The translations under genes were made by a program, and so were the position numbers. The notes below the pieces were generated by a model, which saw nothing but the letters and a program-made list of their open reading frames with translations, did not search any database and had not been told where the DNA came from. DNA of 64,000 bases, taken from contig NC_043002.1 of assembly GCF_006345805.1 (NCBI RefSeq), positions 118,978,001-119,042,000 of the forward strand, given 5' to 3'. Positions 13,062 to 26,139 of this stretch are shown one piece after another. Each line of letters starts with the position of its first letter. The first letter of the stretch is position 1. The stretch is from Octopus sinensis. Lineage: Eukaryota.

Positions 13062-15144
13062 CACTTGTGACAGTTAACAGTGAGGTGAGTGCATAATAAA
13101 TGCAGTTGACAGGTGGGTGGTGAAGGCTGTCATGAGAAGCTGGAAGGTGTGAAGGAGAGATGGAGAAAGTGGAGACAAGATACTCATTTATAAGCTTAAC
13201 GAACCTCAACTGACAAACTGATAATGAAATGATGAATTCAAAAACAAAAACAACAAAAGTCATAGACATTCAAAGTGAATATTATTAGCTTGATACTTGA
13301 TGAAAGTTTTAGAGGGAAAATTAAAAGTAAAAACATGATGCTTCAGGCATAGCCCCTCATCAGAGAATAAAGTCCAGAGAAGAGGAAAAGGTGAAAGGAA
13401 GAGACAGAAATGGAGAGCTGGGAGAAAAACACATGGGTACTGACATGAAAAACAACCTCTACTGACCTTCGTTGTTAACTAGTTTATATTGATGCTAAAG
13501 GGACTTTTGATTCACTCTATGTATACAACTCCACAACCACCAAAATAAAAGTGGAGGCACATGACTTAGTGGTTAGGGTGTTGGACTCATGATTGTAAGA
13601 AAAATTTCACTGAGTGAGCATCTCTAGCCTTTTCTACAAGATGATGTACTCAGTAATGGTAGAAGTGGAGATTGTGGAAGTATGTGCGAGAACAGGTTCT
13701 GTTAAGCGAACAAGTGAAATTTTTGAAGTTGAGTTTTTGAGTAATGTCATACCAGCAAAGAGTATGATGCAACTATTGGTCAGGAAGTGATGCACCGTGA
13801 GGTCAGTTCCCAATGCCCCAAAACAAAGAAACCCTACAGTTTAAATCCTGAAACTTAGTCAAGATATTCACCACAGGTTTACTTGAAGTCCAAAGAAATC
13901 AACTCATAAATTGGTGCAATAGTCTCACGTATGTAGGAGGTCATGCCAACAGGTGTTGAAAAGTCTAAAGTTGAAGCCATATCATTTTAAAGGGACAATA
14001 AGAGCAAAACAAGTAAATTACTGCTCATGGCTTCCAAATAGCAGTAAAAATGATCAAAATAACACAATGACACTTGCAAACAAAAGGCTGGGTGGTTTTT
14101 CATGTGGGTAAATCTTTTTTTCTATTTACACTTATGCTACTTTTTCATGCACTACCCTGTATATGAAAGAAAAGGAAGACTAGAATTATCTTTCCTTGTT
14201 TCCATAACTTTTGATATCAAAAGGGTCAACCCTTTTCCTACTAACCTGCCTGAGACTGGCATTGGTTATATGATACAAATTCTCAGTTTCAAAGAGATCT
14301 AAATTAAAACCTTCCATCAGAATTTCATTTAATTTTTGTTCCAAAACATCTGCTTAATAATAATAGAAATTTTATTAAATCCTAAATTATTTTCAAAATT
14401 AATTCAAATAAAGGTGGTGTATTTCAGGAGAAATATTGTAACAAAATAGTTAACAGAGACTTAAGTTAATCCCAAGAGGCTCCTTCTTCCCCACAAATGC
14501 CACACAATCTCCACTTTGGTGACCCCCTTGAAAAATGCTTAGATTTCATAGATCAGTATTATGTGACGGATGTACAATGTTGATAGTGTATAGATAGTTA
14601 AGAGATAAATTACCAGTGGCTAAGAGAGGAGGGTATAGGTAAGTTATTTTATTGGTGAAGAGCCAAAGTTGAGTATATCAGAACAATGACAAACTGTCAG
14701 TCTAAGACTGATATCATATGATTTGATTTCTATTCTGGTAACATCCAACTCTACAGGAGAGGGAGCCTCTACATAGTTTGCCAGTCAGATTGGTTACATG
14801 ACCTACTAGAAAGAGCAAATAAAACATGCTCTCTCATGTTAATAAGAGAAAGAGACATTGGAAAATGTAGCTCTCAATTAACCGTTTGAAACCAAAAGAT
14901 GTCATAGCCATTGTAGTAAGACTTTCATATTAAGGCTACTCAGTCAAGGTTGACCAGAAATTAAAGAACAACACACTAGTGTAGTGTGGGATGTTTTTGC
15001 AGCTTTAATAATAACATTATATATATATATATCAGCAAAATTTAGATTCAGATGAATATGGTACTTAAGTCAAAGGCACCAGAATTTTGTATGGTATTAT
15101 CCATATATATATATATAAGGAATGAGGGAAACGGAGAATAGAGT

Positions 15145-15464
15145 TAGCTAGAATCTTTATTCAATACAATGATCATTTCGACCCATCCTGCATTTGTCCC
15201 TTGTGGGTGAGATATTGTACAGCTAATTATGTTGCATCCACCCGTGCAGAATGCATCTTGTTGGGTGTCTCGTTTTAAATAAGACACTCCACTAAATATA
15301 CTCAGTTTCGTTTGACATGTTGTGGTTGTCAGTAGATGAGACACCTGATGAGATGCGTTCTGCACTGGCAGATGCAACACAACCAGTTGTACAATATCCC
15401 ACCCACAAGGGACAGATGCAAGATTGGTTGAAACATTAACTGTATTGAATAAAGAACCTTGCTA
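15145..15464. repeat. Long palindromic (foldback/MITE-like) element with 127-bp arms
   Basis: Arms 15145-15271 and 15338-15464, 25 mismatches by hand alignment, TA at both ends. Confidence 0.85.
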
Positions 15465-15657
15465 ATTCCATTTTCGATTTCCCTGATTCATTATAAATTC
15501 AATGAACACTGTGGAATTCCTGACATAGATCCAGTGACCCTTATGTCATAACTGGGGATGGCATCAGGTAGTCTAAATGGTGAAAGTGCTTTAATCAGCA
15601 TACAACTAATCATATACCCAAGGTCCAAATAATTACTTATATTTATCTATATATATA

Positions 15658-15828
15658 GGCGCAGGAGTGGCTGTGTGGTAAGTAGCTTGCTTACCAACCA
15701 CATGGTTCCGGGTTCAGTCCCACTGCGTGGGATCTTGGGCAAGTGTCTTCTGCTATAGCCCCGGGCCGACCAATGCCTTATGAGTGGATTTGGTAGACGG
15801 AAACTGAAAGAAGCCTGTCGTATATATG

Positions 15829-15859
<31 letters not shown>

Positions 15860-16070
15860 GTTTGTGTGTCTGTGTTTGTCCCCCTAGCATTGCTTGACAA
15901 CCAATGCTGGTGTGTTTACGTCCCCGTCACTTAGCGGTTCGGCAAAAGAGCCCGATAGAATAAGTACTGGGCTTACAAAAGAATAAGTCCCGGGGTCGAT
16001 TTGCTCAACTAAAGGCGGTGCTCCAGCATGGCCACAGTCAAATGACTGAAACAAGTAAAAGAGTAAGAGT
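15658..16070 (+). mobile_element. SINE A
   Basis: Full copy. Confidence 0.9.
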
Positions 16071-16189
16071 ATATAAAAGGGAGTTTTAATGTGTGTGTGT
16101 GTGCATGCGTGCATGTGTGTGTGTGTGTGTGTCTTCCTTATGCATTCAGAAACTGAGTTTCTGATTTTAACGTATTGGGTATCAAGAGA

Positions 16190-17415
16190 TTCAAGTGCCG
16201 GAGTCTTGATTTTAGATGATTTCCTTATTGCAAGCCAAAATGTGGAGCTACACAGGAAGCATCTAGTGATTCTTTTTGATAGACTGGAACAGTGTGGCCT
16301 AGTAATCAACCCCACCAAATGTGATTTTGGTGTTACAGAAATCAACTTCCTGGGACATCGAATCACAGGTGCTTGTGCTACACACCTGCCAGCAAATGTG
16401 AAAGCTATCTTATCCTTTCCATGCCCCACCACAAGCAAGGCTCTACACTAATTTCTGGGTATGGCATACTTTTACCATCGCTTCATCCCTTCTGCAGCAA
16501 GAGTGATGAGACTCCTATACACTGTCAAAAGATGGTTCAAAAAACAGGTGGAGTAGGATGGTGCAATGACCTCAGCCACAAATCCACAACACAAGCCAAT
16601 CATGCCGTCCCATCCGCATATGTCAGCTTGGACTACACTCACTGTTGATGCCTTTCACACAGCCATTGGGAGTGTTTTGAAACAACACATCAATGGTCAG
16701 TGGTGACCACTTGCCTTCTTCAGTTGACAACTATGACCTCTTGAACAGAAATACAGTGCTTTTGACAGGGAACTGCTGGTTATCCATTTAGGAGTCTGCC
16801 ACTTTCACTATTTTCTTGGAGGTTGCACGTTTACAGTGTTCACAGACCACAAACCACTCACCTTTGTTATGAGCAAGCTCTCGGAGCCTTGGTCTGCATG
16901 CCAGCAATGACAGCTACTAGCTATGTCTGAGTACACCACAGACATCCAACACATAACTGGAAAAGGCAACCCAGTCACCAATGCACTGTTTTGTGCCCCT
17001 GCCTAGCTCCAATAATGGAAGGCCTGGATTATGAGGCAATGGCTGCAGTCCAACAGACAGATGACAAGATCAGAGCCTATTGCACTGCTATCATGTAAAT
17101 TTCCTTGCAGGATATGCACTTTGGCTCCAATAGCACAATCCTACTGCATGGCATATCTACTGGGAAGCCACAACTGATCATCTCATTAGCCTGGTGCAAG
17201 AAGGTTTTTTGACATCATTTACGGACTGTCCCACCCAGGTACTAGAGCCACATGGTGCCTGCTATCAAGCAAATGTATCTAGTATGGTATGGCCAAGCAA
17301 ATTGGGGAATGGACCAAGAATGCATCGCCTGTGAACAAGCCAAGGTATATCAGCACACCAAAGCATCCTCACTTGCAACTATTAAGTACCACAGGCCCAT
17401 TTCGGTCATGTCAAC
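16190..17415 (+). pseudogene. Ty3/Gypsy pol relic (RT, RNase H, start of integrase); multiple stops, no LTR seen
   Basis: LDDFLIAS...GLVINPTKCDFGVTEINFLGH; VDAFHTAIGSVL; KYSAFDRELL; FTVFTDHKPL; GLSHPGTRAT. Confidence 0.9.
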
Positions 17416-17475
17416 ATGAATATAGTACTTAAGTTAAAGGCACCAGAATTTTGTATGGTATTATCCATATATATA

Positions 17476-17800
17476 GGCGCAGGAGTGGCTGTGTGGTAAG
17501 TAGCTTGCTAACTAACCACATGGTTCCGGGTTCGTATATATGTATATATATGTATATGTATGTGTGTATATGTTTGTGTGTCTGTGTTTTTCCCCCTGGC
17601 ATTGCTTGACAACCGATGCTGGTTTGTTTACGTCCCCGTCACTTAGCGGTTCGGCAAAAGAGACCGATAGAATAAGTACTGGGCTTACAAAAGAATAAGT
17701 CCCGGGGTCAAGTTGCTCGATTAAAGGCGGTGCTCCAGCATGGCCGCAGTCAAATGACTGAAACAAGTAAAAAAGTAAAAGAGTAAAAGAGTAAAGAGTA
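17476..17800 (+). mobile_element. SINE A with internal deletion
   Basis: Head joins directly to the microsatellite (ccgggttc|gtatata). Confidence 0.88.
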
Positions 17801-18861
17801 ACGGTATAACTCCATCCATCAAATGATCTGCAATGCTGGATAAACTATGCTGAAACTGCAAAATCTGACTAACTGATATAGATGTCTCTTGTCTGCAAAC
17901 AAAGCTCAAACCATTCTTTCTATAAGCATGTAAATTAACTTCAGAGCTTAATTCTTAATTTCTCAAAATTTTCCTCCCTTCTCTTTGAAAGATTCTAACA
18001 GTTGCCACTAAAATTGTTCCCTAATTTTCAACATCATCATCATCATTTAGCGTCCGCTTTCCATGCTAGCATGGGTTGGACGGTTCAACTGGGGTCTGTG
18101 AAGCCAGAAGGCTGTATCAGGCCCAGTCTGATCTGGCAGTGTTTCTACGGCTAGATGCCCTTCCTAACGCTAACCACCCCGTGAGTGTAGTGGGTGCTTT
18201 TTACGTGTCATCCGCACAGGTGCCAGACAGAGCTGGCAAACGGCCATGGACGGATGGTGCTTTTTACATGCCACCGGCACGGGGTGGGGGGGGTGCAGGA
18301 GAAAGAGGAAAATTTCAATTAATTAAAAATTTTTTTCACTGAAGACAAAATGGACTAAACAAACTAGGAGAGACATATGGGATGCAGGGGACAAAAGATT
18401 TCCAGACAATGGACATAAAATAAGAACAATAACAAACAGGTGAAGAATGAATGTAAAGTGCATGTGTTTATTTGGCAAGTTTAAAAAAAGTGACCATCTC
18501 AAAATATTCCGAATATCATTCTTGAAATATAATGACCAACATTTTGAAGAAAGGGTTGTTTTTCTTATTCTCTTCAGTACTGAGTACTTAATGAGACATT
18601 TGTCACTTTTACAGTGCTACCATCCCTTGTCTCTCTACACTGTCACATGAACATTATTATTGTATAAAATATCAGCTTTGATTTCAGTTTTCATGTTCCC
18701 CTGTATATTTTCTAAGGTCAAATGAGTTTACCAAATTTAATTTTAAGCAGGCACTATCTCTTTATGTCAATGAGTTCAAGTGTTTATTATTGAAGTTTGT
18801 GGGGGGTATTAATAAGTTGTCAGTATTATCTTTCCAACTATTCTGTACTTATATGTGCCTA

Positions 18862-18907
<46 letters not shown>

Positions 18908-19172
18908 TTGACGTTGTGAGTGTATATGAACAAGCATGAGTAAGAATTATGTCTGTATTTTGTATTTATATTTACTTGCATGAATGTATACATGTATATA
19001 TGAATACATGTATGTATGCACTGACAATTATATAGCTACAACCATGTGTGCGAATTACTAAAATGTATGATACAAATATATACCCTCATCCTCTCAATCA
19101 GAAACACACACACACACACTTATATAAGTTTTCAAGATTTGCAGCAGATCAGTTTATATTTTCCTGATACAG

Positions 19173-19211
19173 TGTGCTATCAACTATAAACAGAAATATA
19201 AGAATGGCTAC
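19173..19211 (+). CDS. Candidate exon of unidentified plus-strand gene (CAINYKQKYKNGY in phase 0; VLSTINRNIRMA in phase 2 is also open)
   Basis: Acceptor ttttcctgatacag, consensus donor gtaagt, 39 nt. Confidence 0.5.
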
Positions 19212-20048
19212 GTAAGTATTTTCCATCCCTATTATTTTCCTTTTCTGTACCTTTTTTTTTTGTTTTTAGATGGTCTAGGTTTTATATTACTGGACTATGC
19301 TTAACTTCATCTCTTTTAGTTCAAAGTTAATAAACCACTAGCATCAATTTTGATTTGTTGTCCCTTTAGAGCAACAGTTTCCAGTCTGGGGTCTGTAGAG
19401 TCCTGAGGCTTGTGGTGCTCTAAGAGCCATAAAGTAGAATTGGGGTTATGTTCAAAACTTGTTGAGCAGACAGACCTTTCAAAACCTGTGGCTACCATGG
19501 AAAATTCATTTAAATAAAAGGGGACCTTTAGTAGTAGAGAGATCAGGAACTGTTGCTCTCCAGTTAATAAAATATGCATCAGTACAAGTTGAAAATCTCT
19601 TATTTGAAATTCTTGGGACTGAAAGTGTGGCAGATTTTGGATTTTTTGGGATTTCAGAATATGTTTATAATTGCATCCTTGGGATAAGACCCAAGTCCAA
19701 AAATAATATCCATTTACATTTCATAATATAGCTTATGCTTGCTCAGAAAGTACACAAAATTTTAATAGTTTTATATACATGATGCCTTCAGAAAGGTAAT
19801 ATATCAGTCTTTATCTATGATGCTTACGTTTTGATTAAAAGGTTACAGTACATGTGCACCATTTGCATTAATTTTTTGATACAGGTAATAGGTTATATGT
19901 AAGATATAAAAACAGAGCACTGAACATGATTACAGGTAAATAAAACGAAAGCTGAGGTATGGGGATATTTTGAAAATACCTCTCAAAGTGACAACCATAC
20001 CTTGCATTGTTACTGGCTACCCTTTGGTAAGATATAACATCTGTTCAG

Positions 20049-20207
20049 CCACCCTGCCATGGATGTGACAAGGTCATGGGACTGTTGCGTGGCAGGTTGC
20101 AAAAAGATCGTGGAAGAGCTCAACTGAGTCAATGGTGCTTCTTACATCGATGTTCCTTCACCGATTGCCCATTATCAAATCCACGTGTAAACTCTCAAAT
20201 CAATGGG
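20049..20207 (+). CDS. Candidate exon, PPCHGCDKVMGLLRGRLQKDRGRAQLSQWCFLHRCSFTDCPLSNPR(VNSQING)
   Basis: GC-richer island after acceptor tctgttcag, 59 open codons in phase 0. Possible phase-0 donors after 20186 (gtaaac) or 20207 (gtcagt); otherwise stop at 20226-20228. Confidence 0.4.
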
Positions 20208-20262
20208 GTCAGTAATGGAGATATATGATATACCTAACTGTATAACTGCTCGTATATGACCC

Positions 20263-20490
20263 TTAACCCTTTCGTTACCAACCCGGCTGAAACCAGCCCT
20301 GGGTCTCAGTACAAATGTCTTGTTTTCATAAGTTTTGAATTAAAATCTTCCACCAAACCTTAATGATAATTTATGTTCCTAACACTAGCTTAATGATAAC
20401 TAAGTTATTTTACTAAATTCTTTGTAATATTTAAAGTAATTGAAAGAAACACAGAGCATCTCAAAATAAATACAGTAACAAAAGGGTTAA
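20263..20490 (+). mobile_element. piggyBac-type MITE (~220 bp)
   Basis: TTAA|CCCTTTCGTTAC...GTAACAAAAGGG|TTAA. Confidence 0.85.
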
Positions 20491-20660
20491 TAAGGTTCTT
20501 CTTACTACTATCAAAACAGTGCTGGTAAAAACCTAGTTCAAAAGGACCAACTACATTTGTAACACTAAACCATTTTAACTTAATTTAATGTATTTGTAGC
20601 TTTGCATCTAATTGCCTTCTTTCCTCCATTTTTGTCACTGTATAAAATTTATCTAAATTG

Positions 20661-20702
<42 letters not shown>

Positions 20703-20957
20703 TCTCTGTTACTGCCCTGGCTCTGAAAGGTGCAGTTATTCCATTGTCTCCTTAACTGCAATGCAACCTCCCTTTCCTATCCCTACCACCTATACTAGAT
20801 ACCTCTCTTCTGTACCAGAACATCTCTTGGCAATCCTTCTTCTGGCCTTTGCCCTGCTCCCTCAGTAGTGTCATTTAAATTACTGCAATACAAACATTAG
20901 CACGTTACTTTGTACCAAACAAAATAAAACATGACTGTGCAGTATTTATTATTATTT

Positions 20958-21254
20958 AGTTAATTAATTAACCAGTTAACTATTTTATCTATTTATAATG
21001 AATTAAGTATCTTATTTTTATTTATTTATCTATTTAGTTACTTGTATTTGTATTAACATTGCTTGTATTAATGCTTGTATAACATTCTCTTTCAAAGGAG
21101 GTGGCAGTAATTAATTAACCAATTAACTATTTTTCTATTCATAGGAAATTAACTATTCTTATTTTTATCTATTTATCTATTTATTAACTTGTATTTACAT
21201 TAATATTGCTTGAACTAATGCTTGTGTAGCAGCCACTTCCAGTGGAGGCAGCAG
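20958..21254 (+). repeat. ~150-bp diverged tandem duplication
   Basis: Both units start taattaattaacc and end ggagg(t/c)(g/a)gcag. Confidence 0.7.
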
Positions 21255-21389
21255 GTATAACACGAATGAATGATGGTAGATTAAATACAAGGACAACTGT
21301 TATGACATGTCTAATGGCAAACACTCATTAGAATATTGTTTTCAGATGCTGAAAGCTGTTGTTCCCTCTCCCCATGTTACCTCCTGCCT

Positions 21390-23405
21390 CCCTAACACTT
21401 CCTCAGAGTTGGTACTGTCGATATAGGCACATTGAAAGATAGATCTGGTGAGATATTGAGATGCTTGAATGGGAGTGTGTCAATGTGTGTTGCATTCAAG
21501 AAATAAGGTGGAGAGGAGCTTCAGCCAGATTCCTCACAATACAAAAAAAAACATAAGTATAAAATCTTCTGAGAAGACAACAGTGATGGGGAATGTGGAG
21601 TGAGCATACTACTAGCAGAGAAATGGGTTGATAAGATGATAGAGTCAGTCATAGTGTGCAATAGCATACTTAAGCTTTGACTAGTTTTGTAGAGTATCAG
21701 CAACAATTATCTCTGCCTATGTTTCCCAGCTGGGTCTGCCAAATGATCAAAAGGATTATTTTTATGATATTCTTTTGCTAGCTATCTCAAAGACGAATGA
21801 CAGTGACTTTATCTTTGTGACTGGTGATCTTAATGGACATATGGGGCAGCATCCAGATGTCTTTTTTACAGTGTGCATGGGAGCCAAGGAATTGGTTCCT
21901 GAAATGAGGAGGTAAAAAGGCTACTGGAGTTCTGTGATGTGAATAACTGAATGATCTGCTACATCAACTTCAGGAAACCAGCCAGTCATCTGATAACCTA
22001 TAAATCTGGTGACCACATTAGCCAGATTGACTACCTTCTTTCCAGAAAGCAAGATTCATGGTTGCTCATAAATGCAGACATTTCCTGGTGAAGAATGTAC
22101 TTCTCTGTTTAGGTTAGTCATTAGCAACTTCAGACTACAGGCTAGAAGGATTCCAAAAAGTAGGCCAGTCTGGAAAAGAATGATCTGGAAGCTTAAGGAT
22201 CCTTTGAATAGTCAAAGATTTATTGATGTCCTAACTGAAGCATTTAATGAGAAGGAGTTAGGAAGGGCATCCAGCTGTAGAAACTCTGCCAGATCAGACT
22301 GGAGCCTGGTGCAGCCCCTGGCTTCCCAGACCCCGGTCGAACTGTCCAACCTGTGCTAGCATGGAAAACGGACGTTAAACGATGATGATGATGATGATGA
22401 TGATGAGGTGGAGTTACAGACATGTAGCATAGAGGACAACTGGAAGTTCCTGTGAGACGACTTGCTGAGAGCCACAGACCAAATTTGTGGCTGGTGCAAG
22501 GTCCCAGCTAGACCTAGGGTGATGTAGTGGTAGAACAGTATAGTTGGTAGGACGATTATAGCAAAGAAACAGGGTGGCAGTAGATAGAAGGGAACTAGGA
22601 GGCAGGTGTACTTGGCCAGGGGTGAAGAAGAAAGGAAGAAATTTGTCAATATTCTGCAGTGTGAGGACCAGTGTCTTGAAGTGTTTTAGTCTGCAAGACA
22701 GTGTGTCAAGGAAAATTGTGATGCTGTCGGAGACAAGTATGTTTGCATGGATGGCAGTTCATTTGGAGTTAGTGACTCTACAAAGAAAGAGGCTTGGAAA
22801 TGCCACTATGAAAGGCTGCTAAATGTAGAGAATACATCGAAGGAGACTCTGTCTAATGTGGACCCAACAGAGGGACCACCTATCCAAATAGATAGTTGTT
22901 TAGTAGATAAAGCCATGAAGAATATGATGATGGGAAAAGCCCCTGGCCCATCAGGGATCACCACTGAGATGCTAAAAATATCTGTTGGAGGGGGATATGG
23001 TCTAGTCACCCATATAGTTAACAAGGTTGTCCACAGGAAAGTCATATCCAAATGCTGGTGTGGCAGCACCATAGTTAACTGTTACAAAGATAAAGGTGAT
23101 ACTTTAGACAGAAATAATTACAGAGGTATCAAATTGTTGGACCAGGTGAGGAAAGTTACTGAGAGGGTCATAGCTTAACTAATGAGGAAGAGAGTTAGTC
23201 TAGATGAGATGCAGTTTGGTTTTGTGCCAGGGAGAAGCACTACTGATGCTACATTCCTGCTAAGGCAGCTGCACAAGAAGCACTTAGCCAACAATAAACC
23301 TTTGTACTTGGCTTTCATTGACATGGAGAAAGCTTTTAACAGAGTCCCCCGCTCCCTTATCAGTTGGTCAATGCAGAAGTTGGGAATAGATGAGTGTCTG
23401 TCTTA
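21390..23405 (+). mobile_element. RTE-clade LINE relic (endonuclease start to RT), frameshifted; interrupted by an RTE 3' end at about 22257-22405
   Basis: Translations GPSGITTEMLK, YKDKGDTLDRNNYRGIKLL, MQFGFVPGRSTTDA, LAFIDMEKAFNRVPR, and an EN-like LRVGTVxIGTL/CCIQEIRWRG start. Confidence 0.9.
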
Positions 23406-23827
23406 ATCTTTGTTTCTTGGTGTGTAATGTGAGATGTGAATACAAATTATGACCAGCTTACAACATGATACTGCAAGAACAGAATTACCTGTGCCAAAAG
23501 TAATGTACCTAAATCTTGGTGAAACCTAGACACATTGATTTTAGGTGCAGGCATGGCTGTGTGGTAAGAAGCTTGCTTCCCAACCACATGGTTCAGGTTT
23601 CAGTCCCACAGGGTGGCAATTGGACAAGTGTCTTCTACTATAGTCTCAGGTCAACCAAAGCCTTGTTTGTAGATTTGGTAGACTAAAAGAAGCCCATCAT
23701 TTTCGGTGTCATCTATTTGTTCTTATTACCATTCTATACCCATATATTGAGTTCTACACCAGGTTATTAGTCACACTATGCCTAAGTGAAATATTAATAT
23801 GTATGTATGCATGTATGTATGTATGTA

Positions 23828-23886
<59 letters not shown>

Positions 23887-24225
23887 CTGTCTGTGTTTGT
23901 CCTCCACTACCACATGACAACCGGTCCTAAAGTTCTTGAGCTTGTTTTACATCCTCATAACATAGTGGTTCGGCAAAAGAGACCAATAGAATAAGTACCA
24001 GGCTTAAAAAAAAATAAGTACTGCAGTTGACTGATTCAACTAACAATTCAAAGCAGTGCCCCAGCATGGCCACAATCTAATGGCTGAAATTGATAAAAAA
24101 AAAAATCTATCTTTAGAGAGTGCCATCACTCATCTAATATACCTGAGTACATGACCTGGCTTCATTGTAAATCCTTGGAGAATCAAAAGGAAACAGAAGC
24201 AGTTATGAGAAAATGGTGTTAGAAA

Positions 24226-24627
24226 TCTTTATATATAAAAGAGAGGTTGTGTGCTGTCTGTCTCCTACGATTTAGATTCCTAACTACTCCCACATTTTGC
24301 GGTGCAGTTTAACCCAAACCGGGTATCTTATAGTCGTGATTCATATCAAGCCCTTCTAGCTATTAGCACGCATCTACGATGAGTCTACGATTTAAAAAAA
24401 AATTTACCATCATTTTTTTCCATTTTAATGCATTTTTTTCGCTATTATATAAGGGAAGTAACTCTCTAAAAATGTCTACGATGAGTCAACGATTTAAAAA
24501 AAAATTTACCATAATTTTTTTTCCATTTTTAATGCATTTTTTTGCTATTTTTTGGCTATAACTCTCTAAAAATGCTTGTATAGTTATTTCCCTTACAAAC
24601 CCGAGCAACGCCGGGCGATACTGCTAG
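24226..24627 (+). mobile_element. Non-autonomous Helitron, same family, rearranged interior
   Basis: A|TCTTTATATATAAA...CCCGAGCAACGCCGGG...CTAG|T. Confidence 0.85.
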
Positions 24628-24710
24628 TTAACACTAAATCATTATGCCTAATTCATACTTTCAGAAATGACCATTACTTTAGAATGATTTCATATCGTAT
24701 ACCTTCACAG

Positions 24711-24779
24711 AATACAAAATTGAAAAATTCAACCAAGACCAGTCTAATTACTGATTATTGGTTAAAGCCACATATGAAG
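24711..24779 (+). CDS. Candidate exon, NTKLKNSTKTSLITDYWLKPHMK (phase 0 to 0; alternative acceptor at 24665)
   Basis: Acceptor ataccttcacag, strong donor AAG|gtaagt, open frame. Confidence 0.6.
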
Positions 24780-25031
24780 GTAAGTTATAGTCTTTTTTAA
24801 AAAAATTGCCAGTATTCAAGTATAGCCATAGCCTAATGTATGGAACCAGCAAAAGAGTAAATGCATCGTTGTGTGGTAAGAAGTCCACTTGACAATAGTA
24901 TGGCTCTAGGTGCAGTTCCACAGCACAGTACCTTGGATAAGTACCACTTACAGTAGACTTAAGGCCTCTGGTTTATGTATACTTTGCAAATGGAATTTGG
25001 TTCATGGAAATTGAGAAAAATATTATATATA

Positions 25032-25448
25032 GGTGCAGGAGTGGCTGTGTGGTAAGTAGCTTGCTAACCAACCACATGGTTCTGGGTTCAGTCCCACTGC
25101 GTGGCATCTTGGGCAAGTGTCTTCTACTATAGCCCCGGGCCGACCAATGCCTTGTGAGTGGATTTGGTAGACGGAAACTGAAAGAAGCCTGTCGTATATA
25201 TGTATATATATATATGTATGTGTGTATTTGTGTGTCTGTGTTTGTTCCCCTAGCATTGCTTGACAACCAATGCTGGTGTGTTTACGTCCCCGTCACTTAG
25301 CGGTTCGGCAAAAAGAGACCGATAGAATAAGTACTGGGCTTACAAAAAGAATAAGTCTCGGGGTCGATTTGCTCGACTAAAAGGCGGTGCTCCAGCATGG
25401 CCGCAGTCAAATGACTGAAACAAGTAAAAGAGTAGAAAGAGTAAGAGT
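25032..25448 (+). mobile_element. SINE A
   Basis: Full copy. Confidence 0.9.
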
Positions 25449-25684
25449 ATTAGTAATAATCTGATTCATTCTTGGAATCTTATTAGAAAAATAATAAAGC
25501 TCAGTTATTGTATAATAAGTTTGATGCATTCAAATAGAGAAGCAGAATGGCAAAATTATTAATAAGCATCTAACGAGACTGAAGTAAGTCTGCCTGCTTA
25601 GCATTGCCATTCAATTTCATTATCTTAATTTGATAAATTTAAAGTGTATTGGATTTCACAGATATTCTAAGTATTGAATGAATA

Positions 25685-26139
25685 TTAACCCTTTCGTTAC
25701 CAACCCGGCTGAAACTGGCTCTGGCCCTGAGTACAAATGTCTCGTTTTCATAAGTTTTGAATTAAAATCTTCCACCAAACCTTAGTCACAATTTATGTCC
25801 CTAACACTAATTTAGTGATTACTAAGTTATTTTCCTAAATTCTTTGTTATATTTAAATTAATTGAAAGAAACACAGAAAATCTCAACAGAAATATGGTAA
25901 CAAACAATTCTTAACCCTTTCAACACCAACACGGCTGAAACCGGCTCTGGCTCTGTAGTACAAATGTCTTGTTTTCATAAGTTTTGAATTAAAATCTTCC
26001 ACCAAACTTTAGTTACAATTTATGTTCCTAACACTAGCTTAATGATAACTAAGTTATTTTACTAAATTCTTTGTTATATTTAAAGTAATTAAAAGAAACA
26101 CAGAGCATCTCAAAATAAATACAGTAACGAAAGGGTTAA
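25685..26139 (+). mobile_element. Tandem pair of piggyBac-type MITEs
   Basis: Two units separated by TTAA at 25911-25914. Confidence 0.85.

Noticed and set aside
12587-13084. Exon disrupted by a SINE (AG at left, GAG|gtgagt at right)
   Set aside because: All three frames contain stops after removing the SINE and one TSD.
15345-15400. Hammerhead ribozyme core (CTGATGAG)
   Set aside because: No GAAA at a suitable distance and no compatible stems I-III; the motif is absent from the other arm.
24117-24215. Phase-2 open segment ECHHSSNIPEYMTWLHCKSLENQKETEAVMRK
   Set aside because: Weak donor, and splicing to the phase-2 acceptor at 24665 would create TGA; plausible by chance.
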